Positions 37,415 to 51,820 of a DNA stretch of 64,000 bases are shown piece by piece (position 1 is the stretch's first letter; every line of letters begins with the position of its first letter). Source of the stretch: Felis catus (lineage: Eukaryota); the NCBI RefSeq assembly GCF_018350175.1, contig NC_058368.1, positions 39,124,001 through 39,188,000 of the forward strand. The letters are read 5' to 3'. The notes beneath the pieces were generated by a model that saw only the letters and a list, made by a program, of their open reading frames with translations, had not been told where the DNA came from and ran no database searches. Made by a program: the position numbers and the translations under genes.

Positions 37415-40400
37415 TAGGCAGTTTCTTTTTCTTTTTCTTTTTCTTTTTACTTAATTTAATTAATTTTTTTCCAAGTCAGTCATGACTTAGCTTGCCAAGA
37501 GCTTAGTGAGAGTGGCTCTGCAGACCACGGTGCAGCCCTCTTGGCACTTGATTTTTAAAATTTACACTTACATCCTGAAATACTTTGACTCCATTGATTA
37601 GACAATAAGTTTGAGAAAAACAAAAACATACAGCCAAGGGCAAGACTAGGTTTCAAACCCAAAATGTAACTAATATCTCTAAGTTCTCTGTGTAAAATAT
37701 GCATTTCTGTTGAAGATATCCTAGATTAAATATTGCTCTTTCTCAGTCTCTCTTGCTCCTTCACTCCACTTCTCTTTTCCCTGTGTGTGTGTGTTTGCAT
37801 GAACATGTGTGAGTTAGCATAGACTTTCACAAAAAATGTAAGGAGACCTAACTGTTGGGTAGGGAGTGGGGAATAATTTGAATTTTAGCAAATGAAGTTA
37901 AATCTGTATTATTCACAGTAATTAAAAATCAGCAAACACCACTACAACATAATACTATCATGGCAAATACAGGGGTGGGACAGTTAATAGACTATATTTA
38001 CGAGGAATTAGTGTATCCAGGGATCTGTAATCTTGTTAAAATATATGGCATTGTAACTGTCATTCATTATTGCTAAATGTTTTGTTAGATAATGCACTTC
38101 CTTACTCATTTATTTCAGTTTATTGTGTTTTTAAATCATCTAACTTTTTATCAAGATAAAGAAAAAAACTCCAATTAAGAGAGTTTTGAGAAACTATATT
38201 AGAAAGATAAAATTTAGTATTCTGAAGTCTGCTTATTTACACATTCTTTCTTCTCTTCCAGAATATGTACCACTTACAGGCCAGGAAGTTATCTTATTTA
38301 TATTTTTATCCATTGCACCTGGGAGGATGTCCGTTACTATAACTGGCTCCTTAAACATTTGGTAAAAATTAAATCAAATGGTAGATGCCCATAAGTAGTT
38401 CTACTTAATTTAAGTATGTTTCCGTATTGTTGGTAGATACAAACTTTTAATCCAGACTGTATGTTATTTTTTCCTCAGGTTTCATAAATAAATTAACAAA
38501 GTATTGACATAAAACAAAAACAGTGGTTTGCTCCTCAGTTAGCTATAAGAAACTTTTTTAAAAGACAAAGTTTGGCTTCGAGGCAATTTTCCCTTCTCTT
38601 TTGAACCTTTAACGCCATACTAATAAAAAGCATTGGTATAGTGTTGAGCATGAACCTTATGAAGCGATAACATCTATCCACTAAATGTGCTAAACTGTTC
38701 TAATTGAAAACAATATTCAGCAATACCATTAAGGTAATTAGAAGCTCTATTGTAAATTAACAACTTTAAGAAAACTAATTTTCCAGATAGGACTACATGG
38801 GTAATGCAGGCAAATATGTACCTAATAATTGTGATTTTAAAAGTATGCTTACTCTCTAAAGGAACATTTTAAGACTCAGTATTTTCTAATTGTTACTTTC
38901 ATTTAACTTTCCAATAGTTGAAGCTGTTTCTCTCTTAAAATCACATTGACTTTAGACCACATAGTTTATAGTGCATCAACTGCTTATTTTCTTCTAGATT
39001 AAAATAGCATTGTAGTACTTTTGAGTTGTATATACTGTGCTTTGTTCTAGAGACATTTTGAAAACAGGCAAAAAAAAATAGATACCTAAAAAGGTAAAAT
39101 TTCTCACTTAAAAGATATGTATAAAGAAACAAAGGGTAGAAACAGTAGTTAATGTAAACTATTATTAAAATAGAAAAAAAAGTCTAGGAACAAAAATAAC
39201 AATACTATATTCATGATATTCATATGTCCAAACTCTTTTTGGTAAATTTGATTAATCATGAAGAGTAATTCTTTTGGACTATTTACTGCTACTCTAAAAT
39301 ATAAATATAGCAAACCTAACACCTGGAGAAATGGAGTCACGTTCATCAGTTGTACCCACACTTAAACTATTCTGTGTAATCAGTGTTGTGTCATTGTTTT
39401 CTGTAAGAATTACAGTTTCAGGCACATGCCTGTTGAAGTCACATAGTATAAGTCACACTGAAGTAATGATAGAGAAGGAGCAATATGGATAAAAGCTTAC
39501 AATAATCCCAGTCTTTTGTTTGTGAGGTCTTTTATGATTTCCCAAACTAAAGTAGATATCCCTGCTACCTCCTCCATTATACCAAGTAATTCCCCAAATC
39601 TAACTCTCAGTAGACATCACTGTAGTTAATTTACCACTTTCTGTTCTGGTCTCTGTATCTTCATTTGGAGACATAATTTTTGCAGTATCTGCTGTTAACA
39701 TAGTACCTGGCACAAAGTATGTATAAAGTAAGTACTAGATAAATGCACAAGTAAATGGGTGGGTTTAACCAGTTAGTCTTTGAAAGTTACAAATACCTTG
39801 AAGCCTTGAATATTCTACATGGATAGTTAACATATGCTTATTAAAGTCCTCTAAATATAGAGTTGTTATAATTTAAATATTTTCTTACATGTTCACCTCC
39901 TCTGACCTATGAACTCTTCCAGGGAGGGGAACCCTTATCTACTTTTATATCTCCAAAGCCTACCTCAGTATCTAAGTCTGGATAAACTTTTAATGAACTC
40001 TGTATGAACAAAGATCTAGAGGCAGGCCAAGAAGAATCGGTCAGAACATCTTTTTATTCACCTCATTACAATGTGACCTTATAAATCTTTGAAAAGATAG
40101 GAGGCTGAAGACATCTCGCCTTTCCTTCCTCCTTCCTTCCTTCCTCCCATTCTGTTTATCCTATTTGTGTATACTAACATACATTCACATACATATGTGT
40201 TTGTGTGTGTGTATACAGAAAGACAAACTTTCACTAAATCCTGAGTTACATGAAACTAGAGGTTGTTCTAATTGTATAAAACTGTTCATTGCATAAATCA
40301 AAAGCCATGCTAATGGCCTGTTTTATTTAACCTGATAATTGTCTCCTGTCCTTGTTCTATATATTTGCAAACTATTATAGAGAATGAGAATATTTGTATT

Positions 40401-41344
40401 TTTGCTACAACTATGAGAAGTTGCCTTGGTTGATAAATAGGTGATTACTTTATCCATTCAAATAATGAGATTGACATGCTTTCAGTTCACCAAACAACTT
40501 TTCAAAAACTTCTTTGAGTGGCAAAAGACTCAATGATGTTATGAAGCAAAAATAGGGAAGATATTTTAGTCAAAATTCATTTTAGTGATAACTAAAAACT
40601 AAATTGCATTTTGTTTTGTTTTGCCCAAAAAGGGCTTTTAATTGTATTTCTGCAAGAACACTGGGAAAGTAAATATACGAAGAATAGTATAACATGAACT
40701 CTGAGTAACAAAGTATTTAAAAATCACAATTTCTTGTAAAGTTTCATAAGCTTGATTCATATTTAGTAATTATGGAAATGAATCATTGATTTTTTTTAAA
40801 AATTCTATTTGAATAACTGAAGTAATCAGTGTGAACAGCTCTATTCCTTGCTGTCCTATTGATTGAAATATACTTGTGAACGTCAGTGGGACTTTTGAAT
40901 ATTACAGATCACGCTCATTTTGGTCAGTGATCTATCACAGATGATTGGTATTAAGAACCCAGCTGTGCCCTCTTGTTCTACTGATATTTTCAACAGTTTT
41001 TTTTCCTCCATAATAATTCAGAAAACTATAGATGAAACTCTGGTTGTTCATCAGTCACACCGGATTAATTTCCCTAAGTATCCCAAATCAGGAATAACAA
41101 TTAAAAACAAACAAACAAAATTTTTAACAAAAACAAAGGAAGAAAATAATTTGAAAAGAAAGAAAAAGTTCATCCAGCTAGAAGTCATACTCTGACCTAC
41201 CCTTAAATGTGAAAAATAACCAACACACACATACACATGCATGTTCTAACCCTAGAGCAGTTTATTTATTTTTTTAGAGCAGTTTCTTAAGTAGATTAAG
41301 GATCACTCCTCTCTAAAACAGTGTCCTACAAGCGTTTCCAACAC

Positions 41345-41800
41345 TTTTTTAGTTCAAGTCCTCTGAGAGGCAGGTGCCAAAATGCAATTAGATCCACAAT
41401 ACATTTATTAAGGGACTGCCTTTCAGAGAGAGTGGAGAGGGAGCCTAGAATGTCTGGGAGAATTGTTAGTCAGGTGTGAAGATCTGACCTTGAATGAAGG
41501 TGAGAGGGAAGGAAGGAGGGTTAGGTAAATGCTTGATTTATTGCCATGCAGTTCTAAGGGAAGTTTCAGCAAAGCCAGTAAGGAATCCATGAGCCAATGC
41601 ACCATTAGAAGATCTGGCCTGTCCCAGGAACCCGATTGCTTTCCTCTCGCTGCCACATTCAGCCAAGGTGGAAGCATTTGTAAGAAATAAGCCCTCAGCA
41701 GAAATGTAGTGATGGACTTCTAGAGCATACCACTGGGGGGCTGTCAGTTACTTTTTCTGCACTCCGAGATCTGAAAGCCTCCTTCTTATGGCTGCCTCAC
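41345..41800 (-). mobile_element. ERVL solo LTR (LTR16-like)
   Basis: Resembles recalled LTR16 consensus (TTTATTAAGGGACTGCCT...GATCTGACCTTGAATGAAGGTGAGAGGGAAGGAAGGAGG...ATGGCTGCC). Confidence 0.65.
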
Positions 41801-42939
41801 TCACCCTGTGCCAGGATTTGCTCTACACTCTTTCCAAGACACAGACATTAATCCTCTGTATTTTCTGAAATAGTGACACCAGAAATCCACCTTCGACTGT
41901 ATCTCATGGCAGGAGAGGAAATACAGCTGTTGCCTCAAATATAGACACACAAGTGAATGTAAATTTTATTAAGTGGAAGCCTTTGGGGCCAAGAATCAGA
42001 CTTCTCTCAGGTCATTATGAACAGTCAGGGGCATGTGTACTTTTCTGCAGCAAAACAACAGCAGATTAAATGATCTGCCACAGACGTGTAAAACTCTGTG
42101 TCTACAATTTTTCCCAAATTTCCAGTCACCCTGAACATTTTCAAGAGGCAGTATAAACCATTATGACCTATTATGAACCTCATTGATTATATTATAATAG
42201 AGTTATTTTCCCAACAGACAAATTCTGCAAAGCACATACAGAAGTAGATTGACCAATAAACAAATTAATCCCTTGGAAGCACAGGAATTTCTAGAAGCAA
42301 ATATAGATAAATTGATAGAGACATTCTTAACATTCTATTTCCAAAATATTAACTAGTTTTAAAAAAAGGAAATTGAAAAACAAAATGATGGGCTGATGAA
42401 CTGTCAAACATAACGTTTGGTTATGAAAAGACTCTTTGGATTTTAGGTGTCCTATTGTTACACAGTCATTTATTTAGATTTCAAGAGCAATTTAGTCATT
42501 TCAACAGTTTGAATAGCTGACTAGCAAAATTCATAGACAAATCAACAAAATTATATCATTGTGAGGGATGTAACCAAACTTATAGAGAGACTAAGTTAAT
42601 GGTATGTGAAATTTCTCATTTCTACTTAAAACATTAGGAAGATGATGTAGTACTTTCAGGAATAAGGGACACTGGATGTAAAGAAGAAAAATCAAAGAGT
42701 TAATAGATTTTCAGTTCTTTCTGGATCATGTCATTCTACTGAGCAGGAAAGTCAACAAAGTCAAGTGTGCCAATAAGCCTATTAAAGAACTTCTCTAAAG
42801 TATGTTGAAAAAGAACTGGCAATCATACTATTATCATTAGATACATGTTAAGTGCAGCCTGAAGAAAGCAAACTTCACTTTAGCGACTCATATTTCTAGA
42901 AAAGGAGGCCCTTTTGCCACTGTAAAATTGCAGTTCATC

Positions 42940-42990
42940 AAATTTATTTTCTCAAAGAAAATTTATTTTCTCAAATTTATTTTCTCAAAG
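42940..42990. repeat. Three local copies of AAATTTATTTTCTCA
   Basis: Direct reading. Confidence 0.85.
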
Positions 42991-43735
42991 TTACCAATAT
43001 TATATTGCATGAAGAAAAATATATTGCAATTCCTTCTCTTTAAAAATTGTTCATGCTGATGTTTTCTAGCCATGTGGTCTGTTTTTCAATCTGCAGACTT
43101 TGCTGTGCTCTATTTCATTTCTTCTTATTCACAGATTGATTACATTAGTGTGATCACTTAAACCATTTGAAATGTGTTGTCTTCAGATTATCAAATAATA
43201 TATATCTAAGCCTCTCCCTCTTCTCTACAGAGATAGGACATTTTTTTATTCACTTTCCCATTGGAACTTCAGATATATTCTATATTTCAAAAGCAAGAAA
43301 AATATAATCGAATTTATCATCAATTTTGTTTTAATTTTTCCAACTTGTTTGATATATAATTTTTCATAAGATGAGTTCTGTAACATTCTCTGCCTTGTCA
43401 TCCTCAATATCCCCTGTAAAGGAAACTAGTGTTCAGCCTATCAATGATTTTCTTCTGCAGAGGTCTTTGAATTAATATGTACAAAACCTTAATTGTCCTA
43501 ATTAAGGAAACTAGGCAACAAGTGTACCTATTTTCCAGAATCTGTTAGGTATAATTAATGTAATATTCTCCTCTAATTCCTTCAGTCATTTATCTAGCCT
43601 CTCTTTTATACTTGGTTCACAATTTTTTTTCTCTGTGTGTGTGTGCAGGCATGCCCGTGTGCATGTGTGTGTGTTGACATTAGCAGCTAGTATCTCTTTG
43701 TTTATAACTAACGGACACAACTTTTTGTTGTTTGG

Positions 43736-43943
43736 TTTTTTTTAATTTAATTTATTTCTGGGGAAAGAGAGAGAGACAGAGAATAAGTCAGAGAGAGGGA
43801 CAGAGAGAGAGAGTGAGAGAGAGAGAATCCCAAGCAGGCTTCATGCTCAGCACAAAGTCCACCACGAGACTCCATCCTACATCCCTGGGATCATGACCTG
43901 ATATTAAGAGTCGGATGCTCAACTGACTGAACCACTTAGGCAC
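43736..43943 (-). mobile_element. Can-SINE
   Basis: GAGAATCCCAAGCAGGCT...GATCATGACCTGA...CCACTTAGGCAC. Confidence 0.9.
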
Positions 43944-46259
43944 TGGGGGGATGAAGTTTTTTGGACATAGAGTTTTACAATAGTGTTTTTGTTAATCCCC
44001 ATTTTTTTTCTTTTTTCCCCTTTTTTCTTTCTGCTTTGTTGATGTTCTTGTTGTTGTTTCTCTCTGTTTCTAGCCATGAAATAAATTTGACTTGATATTT
44101 TTATCTCTGGGTTCATGTGAATTCTGTATATTGATAATATCACATTTTGTTTTATCTCTTCTGAATATTCCAGAGTTGATTCTCTATTTATAACTGCTTT
44201 GTAAATAATTCCACAAATCAAGCAGGCAAATTCCAACTATTTCCAACCTGGGCAGAGTATCTAGGATATCATCTCTTTGTCAGTATCTTTCATGCAGCTG
44301 ATAATATTATTAAGATCTTCCTGGAACCCGACTTCCACCATATCACACTGAATTCTTTCTTAGGTATATCTTGGCCATGTCTCACTTTTTAAGTCCTTAC
44401 AGAATCTAGCCATATCAGTTTCTCTTGAATCTCTCCTCTGATGATAGGAAGAGGAAATGCCACTTATGTATAATAAATTTAATTCAAGATACATTCAAAT
44501 TTTTCAAGATCAAACATGGTTTTCACTGTATTTCTTATTCCTAGAGTGCAGGAACAGTAGGAAAAAAATGGAATTCTTAGGGGGAAAAATAAAGCTAAGA
44601 TCTTTGGAGCCACATGAAACTCTAACAGACAAGAGAACAAAAATATGCTCTGTGAGTTGATGAAATATTTAAGGAGGAATCTGCATAACATCTCAAAAAG
44701 CATCTATGGCATTCTACTAATAAGATTCATAAAAATTACTGCAAGGTACATACTAATTACCAGAGATTTTACCTTTCATAGATCTGCAAAGCATTCCAAG
44801 ACTACTTAAAAAAAAATAAAAACCTGACATCAGTCACTTTCTGATGACTCAACACTAATTAAAAACCATTCAAGAAAATTTTCTTGGATTCCTGTTATAA
44901 ATAATCTTGCCAAGTCCTTCTAATCACTTTTTCCATTATTAAGTATCAGAATTTAAGGTCTAGAATGTGCATTTCAGGAACTGCAAGAAACTATCTGTGT
45001 CTGATAATGATGCCAAGACCTGTTCTAAGCATAGGATTCTGCAAGTTTATTGTTTTGTTCATAAGTGCTTCCATGATCATTTTTGGCCATTTTACTTGTT
45101 GTAGGAGAGATTGTGCTACTTTGTCATGGGCCTTAGAGGCACGTGTTCTGGTCCAGTTGAATTTCCCAGACTAAGGGCTTTCAAGTATATGAAGAAGCTC
45201 CTTAGTGGCCTAGAATGTGTTTGCAGCCACATGTTTTATATATATCACACTTAGAAAACTTAATACTATTCAGTATGTTGTCCTGGCCATTTTGTCATTA
45301 ACAGCTATATTCTGTCTTAGGAGATAACAGATATTTTTAAATCTCATTCAGTGGTTTTTTAGAGAATCAAGCTACCAAATATTCTCAGTCATTTTTTTTT
45401 CCTTGAGATAGAACTAAGTTTCCTGATTTGAATGCAGTGCCACGATGCAAATTAAATATAGGTAAATAAATAATCAGTCCAGGATTTTACACTTTAAAAG
45501 CATGATTATTACTGAGTGGATTCAGAAAATAATTTCCACTGTAGGGACTTGATCTAGGTGCTAAATATGAGTACATAGATTCATCAGGATGAATGATGAA
45601 TGAAGGCTTCCATTATTATTCCTAACAGACAGACAACCATCTAGCAAATGTAAAACTTCTAGCCAAACAAAAAGATACTCCTGATGGAGGGCAGGGAGAA
45701 AAACACCTAAGCTATAAAATATGATCATTGAAAAGTAGAAAATTAGTTTTATAGTTGGAAACCACTGTCTGTGGCACCCATAGGTAGGTTTCTGGGATGG
45801 CAGTCTTACTAACATAATTGGGCCTTAGATTACTCAAGTGACAAATATCAAATGATATTACTGAGGAAAGTATATATTTTTTTAAAATCCCAGTTCTTCA
45901 AATTTAGAATATGAGAACAGACTTGTTTCTTATCTAAAAATGGAGTTTTGCAATATCCCCTTCATACACCTACTTACTAACAGATGTTTAACAGTGTTAA
46001 TAAATTTTCATTCTGGAGAATTTTCCCTTTAATACTATAAAAAATTGCAATCCCTGCATTTGCTTAGTCAGTTTCATGTAATCAGGTTTTATATTGACTG
46101 TAGCACCAGGCCTCCTAAAACCATATTCTTGAATTGAAAACTAAAACTGGAATGAGATTTTGTATGAGAAGTCATTGAGGACAAGCACATATGCTATAAC
46201 CATTCCAAAGATCAAAAGAAATAACAAAAATAAAGCTACTTTTGTTGTTGTTGTTGTAG

Positions 46260-47125
46260 TATTTTACATACCCACGACTTACTTATTTTATAACTTGAAG
46301 TTTGTACCTTTTGATTCCCTTCACCCATTTTACCTATCCCCTGTTCCTTACTTCTGACAACCACCTATCCTGTGTATATATGAGCTCGTTTGTTTTTTTT
46401 TTTTTAATTTCACATATAACTGAAATCAAATGATATTTGCCTTTGTCTGACTTAATTCATTTATCATAATGCCCTCAAGGTTAATCCATTTTTCACAAAT
46501 GGCAAGAATTCATTTTTTCTTACAGCTAAGTAGTATTCTGTTGTGATACATATACCACATTTTCTTTCTATTCATCCATTGATGGACCCTTAGGTTGTTT
46601 CATATGTTGGCTGTTGCATGTAAATAATGTTGCAGTCAACACTGAGTTGTATCTACCTTTTAAAATTAATTGTTTTCAGTTTCTTTGGATAAATATCCAG
46701 AAGCGGAATTGCTATAGCATATGATAGTTCTACTTTTAATCTTTTAAGGAGTCTCCATACTGTTGTCCATAGTGGCCAGACTAGTTTACATTCCAACAGT
46801 GTACAGGGTTTCCTTTTGTCCACATCCTTGCTAATACTTGTTACTTCTTCTCTTTTTGATAATAGCCATTCTAACAGGTGTGAGGTGATTTCATCTTAGA
46901 TTTTTGATTTGCATTTCCCTGATGGTTAGTAATTTTGAGCATCTTTTCATGTGTCTGTTGACCATCTGTGTGTCTTCTGTGGAAAAAAAAATGTCTATTC
47001 AGATCCTTTGTCCATTTTCTAATTTGTTTTTTTGTTGTTGTTGTTTTGCTGTTAAATTGTATGAGTTCTTTATATATTTTGGATATTAACACCTTAACAG
47101 ATAAATTATTTGCAAATATTTTTTT
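46260..47125 (-). mobile_element. Old L1 (L1MA-like) 3' region
   Basis: AATAGCCATTCTAACAGGTGTGAGGTGAT...GATTTGCATTTCCCTGATG; antisense ORF 46871-47092 translates to L1 ORF2-like [11 protein letters not shown]. Confidence 0.88.
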
Positions 47126-49312
47126 CTATTTCTCCTAGTCCTCCCATTTTGTCTGTGATTTCTGATATCAGGGTTAGAGTTAAATTGGAAATTTTTAAAT
47201 TGTCATTTTATTCCATTTATTTTTGAATTATTAATAATCTTACCCACAAATTATATTGAGAAATTGTAAATAGAACTCTGAAACATGACACGCATAGGCA
47301 ATGTCAAAAGTTCATAAATAGTAAAAGTAAAACCAATGAATTACCAAAGTTGGGATTAGTAAATGCTTTATTGTGCACAAACCAAAACCTTGTGAACTTA
47401 AGAGCCTTCAAACCAAAATGTAGAATGAGGCTCTGGACCTATATTTTTATGCAGCAGCATATATAGTGAGGAGGCAATGACAGTTTATTCTTCATGGCCT
47501 TTGATTATAATATTAGAATTGTCTTAACTGATAAGGAATTGTTTAATGGTTGCCACATGTCAAATTTGCGCAACACTTTAAGTTTTGTGTATGATTTCCA
47601 GAGGCATAAACAAGAAATGGCCCAGGTCAAGTTAGTCTTGCAAAATACAGCAAATTAAGCTTTGCTTGTTGGACTGAACTGGTTTTGTCTGCTCAGGAAA
47701 TTTTCAAGGCTTGTCTCTGGTTTTTATTTTAACAGCACACAAAATTGAATGGCCATTTACTCTATATTGAAATGAATATAAAAACATTTCAGTTGGGCAA
47801 CAAATCTTTTGATATTGCTATAGTCAGTTCCATACTTGGAATTCACAAGAGATTTTAGAGAGACAAATCTTTAAGGAAATCCAGTGGTATCCTGCTGATT
47901 TTACATTTATTATTTTCTCTTTTTTGATAATAAATGTTGGCATAGAGCTCCTGTAGAAAGGATTTGAGAAGAGTTCCAAATACATTCACAAATAAGAGAA
48001 AGTAAACAGGATAGGTATATTTTTATGCAAATAAAGCTATTAATATGGAAATCGGTGAAATAGAAAAGCTCTTTTTAGCAGAAAATCACAATTTTTTCAA
48101 ACATTCAAAGAATTCATTTACTTTCCTTTAAAATGCTATGTATCCCAAATATATCAATTGGGTTGATATCAAAAGCTAGATCTTTTATCATAATTTTTGT
48201 TCACAGAGTTAGAAAATAAAGCAAGTTTTCTATTCTTTATTTAACCAAAATACTAACAATATTCCAAAAATTCATGTGATAACTGATATTTGAAATCTGA
48301 AACTTTGTGGTTTTGTTACTCTTGATAGTACAATACTGTATAATATATATAACCATAGCAGGGCCTGAACTCAACTTTAACTGATAAGTGAGGCTTCTGG
48401 CACATAGCTGTAATAAAAATTATGTTTTCCTACTGTTTTGTGGACTATGATACCTATCTATTTTATTTATACACTAGCTCATGGTGTGAAATCCTCCTAT
48501 TTGTTTGGACTGCTGACTTCTAGAGTAAGAGTTTATTTCCTCATGTATTCTGTATTTATGGAAATGAACTCTTCTTCAGAAGTATATTGTGAGGGTAACA
48601 CATGCTCTGGTGTTTAGAAGTGTCCCTTTGGGAAAATACTTTTTAATTTAGTTTAGTTTAGTTTTTCCTTTTGTCAGTTTTCTACGTAATCAATCTGAGA
48701 CCAAGTTACACATTGACATCTCACTTAGGAGTTCTCAGCCTGATTGGCTAGTGGAATTTAAACTCTGTCCTGCAGTACACATGATTCAAATTTAGGTTTT
48801 GAGTGAATGGTTCCATTATTCACTCAAAAATTAGGGCAGATGACCAGCTCTTATTTCTAGTTTGATAAATGGGGTAAAGTTTCTTCTTACCTTTATGTAA
48901 CAAACTCGCTTTTACCACCTTGATTTCTTGGGGCTTATAGTCATAAGAAAATTAACCTCTAAGGATAGATACAATCCCCCAGCCTGTAAGGGCCATGTTT
49001 GGCTTCAACTCCTGATTACTGCTCTGACTGTGAGATTGTTCTTCATTTCCGCATGTCTTTTCTAAAACTATGCTTATTTTAAATGTTAATTATGTACAGT
49101 CCCAAGTAATTTTAAACAAATATGAATACAATAAGCAGCATTGGTAATTTCCAACATACATGTGATTCCATCCAGAAGTTGTTACTTGTTTATTTTTAAC
49201 ATTCTGGATTTCTTTTTCACAATGGTGTCAGTATAGCAACTTGGATATTATGTTTTGTGTTGTAGGATTGAGCAAATGAGTAAATATACTGCTGTTTGGA
49301 GCCAGAATTCTT

Positions 49313-49542
49313 TTTTTTAAGTTTATTTATTTACTTATTTTGAGAGAGAGAGAGAGCAAGCAAGTGCACACACGAGCACAATGGAGAAGGGGGAGAGAGA
49401 GCCAGAGAGAGAGAATCCAAAGCAGGCTCTGCACTGTCAACACAGAGCCTGAGGCAGGGCTCGAACCCATGAAATGTGAGGTCATGACCTGAGCCGAAGC
49501 CAAGAGTTGGACACTCAACTGACTGAGCCACCCAGGCACTCC
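49313..49542 (-). mobile_element. Can-SINE
   Basis: TSD TGGAGCCAGAATTCTT / TGGAGCCCGAATTCTT. Confidence 0.95.
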
Positions 49543-50078
49543 TGGAGCCCGAATTCTTGATATAAGAGAACAGAGATACAAAGGTACAGAATGGCAGAAG
49601 ATCGGAATTCAATTATAAATATGCAATTATAATTACATAATCAAAATGGACAAACTAATATCCTGCACTGCCTCTTGATGTGAAGACACATGTCATAGAT
49701 ACTGTATCTGCCAAAATGAACAATGTGAACTTAATCATGATAAGATATTAGGCAAAGCTAAGCTGAAAGACAATTTATAAAACACATGGCAATTTATAAA
49801 AACTTTGACTCTTCTGAAATGTAAATTTGAAAATGTAATGTTAACAAAAGATAAAGAGAGGTTAAGAACTATTCCAAATTAAAGAAAACATTTTAAAAAA
49901 GGAAATAAAGGCAATGAGTGATTTCAGTCAGAGAAAATAAATGTATGTATTCATAATTAATTGCCTGGCACTAAAACTGTAGAACTGCAAAGATAAATGG
50001 AAACAACCACAGTAAGCAATAATGACTACCTAAAGGATGACCAACAGACAAAATTTTTATTAAAACAAAAACAGAAAT

Positions 50079-50284
50079 GGGTACCTGGTGGCTCAGTTGG
50101 TTAAGTGTCCAACTTCGGCTCAGGTTATGATCTCGCGGTTTGTGAGTTCGAGCCCCGTCAGGCTCTCTGCTGACAGCTCAGAGCCTGGAGCCTGCTTCAG
50201 ATTCTATGTCTCTCTGCCCCTCCCCTGCTCATGCTCTGTCTCTCTCTGTATCTCAAAAATAAATAAACATTGGAAAAAAAATTT
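50079..50284 (+). mobile_element. Can-SINE
   Basis: TSD AAAACAAAAACAGAAA on both sides. Confidence 0.94.
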
Positions 50285-50850
50285 AAAAACAAAAACAGAA
50301 ACAAAAACAAAATGATTTTAACATTAAAAAGACCTTAGAAAAATTATATCGTGTTCTGCCTTGAATTTTGTAGCCAGGTAATCTGCCATTTAATAATCCA
50401 GCCAAAGTTTTGAAAAATACATACCAGGTAGATTATGCACCAACATTTTCTAAAAAAAAATGTGTGAAGTGTATAGTTTAACAAAAAGGCAATTAATTAT
50501 GAAAGAAGGAAATAAAGCAATAGTGAAAAAGATATAGATACAATTTATTGTATTTAGTATTGTTTATAAAATAAAAGATAACTAATTTGCTAGCAGGAAG
50601 ATTACAAATACACTGGAAGTAAAATGCAATTTTAACATTTAGGAGATATATAGTTTGAAACTGAAAAAAAATTGAAAATCATTTTATGAAATAAGAAACT
50701 GCATATTGCTTTGTAAAGTCATTGAAATTAGAGCAAAATAAACTTAAAAAGAAGAATCTGGCAAAAATTAGAGATAACAAAATAAAAAAGTGTTTGAAAA
50801 GCTTATTAAGATGAAGATAATTTGCCTGTATGTATACTGGGTTAGTTTTT

Positions 50851-51075
50851 TCTTTTAATGTTTATTTATTTTGAGACAGAGAGTCCATGTATGTGCCCAT
50901 ATGCGAGTGAGCAGAGGAAGGTTAGAGAGAGAGAGGTAGAGAGAGAATCCGAAGCAGGCTCCACACTGTCAGCACAGAGTCTTAATGAGAGGCTCAATCT
51001 CATGAACCATGAGATCATGACCTGAGCCAAAATCAACAGTTGGACACTTAACCAACTGAGCCACCCAGGTGCCCC
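50851..51075 (-). mobile_element. Can-SINE
   Basis: TSD GGTTAGTTTTT on both sides. Confidence 0.94.
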
Positions 51076-51089
51076 TTGGTTAGTTTTTG

Positions 51090-51560
51090 AAGTCAATAAC
51101 TTAGTGACTTAAAATAGCAATTTATTGTCACCTCTCACTTTCTGAATATTTATGGACTCACCTAAACTGTTCTTGCTGAGATTTTCTGATATTGTTGCAG
51201 CACATGGCAGGTGAGACTTGAATCTTTCTATAGAAGATTCTATAGCTATAGCATAGCTTCTATGCTAATATATTTTTCTTAATGTTGTCTGTCATGTAGC
51301 TAGCTTGGGGTTCGTCACAGTATGATGGCCATAGGGTAATTAGATTTTTGCCTGATGACTGGTTTCCTCAGGAAAAACAATCTGAGAGCCAGGAAGCAGA
51401 AGTTTCCAGGCTCTAGACTCAGGCTCAGACACTTGCACAGGATCACTTCTACCATATTCTATTTGTCAGAGCACTCAGCTAGCACACTGAGATTCAAGGG
51501 GATGGGGAATCACTTCACAAGAGAAGTGCCAAAGGGTTTGTAGCCATCATTGAACTAACA
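51090..51560 (-). mobile_element. Old MaLR LTR (MLT1G/H/J-like)
   Basis: ACTTAGTGACTTAAAATAGCAATTTATT...CACTTCTACCATATTCTATTTGTCAGAGCA...GATTCAAGGGGATGGGGAA. Confidence 0.65.
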
Positions 51561-51820
51561 AAGTCACTTTCTGAGGTTTGTATTATTTGACTTCTTAAAA
51601 GCTTTTGACATTGTCTTTCTGACATTTTTTGACAGTGTATCTTTCTAATGTTCTCCATATTGCTTTGACTGCTCCTTCTCTATACCTTTGGTGGATTGCT
51701 CTACTTTACTAAGCACACACATTTTAGTGTTTCTGAGTTTATTTTGAATCATTTTCATTTTTATTTCTATATCTTTTAACTTGATCTTTTGCAGGTTCAT
51801 GTTTTAAAGTAACATCTTTA

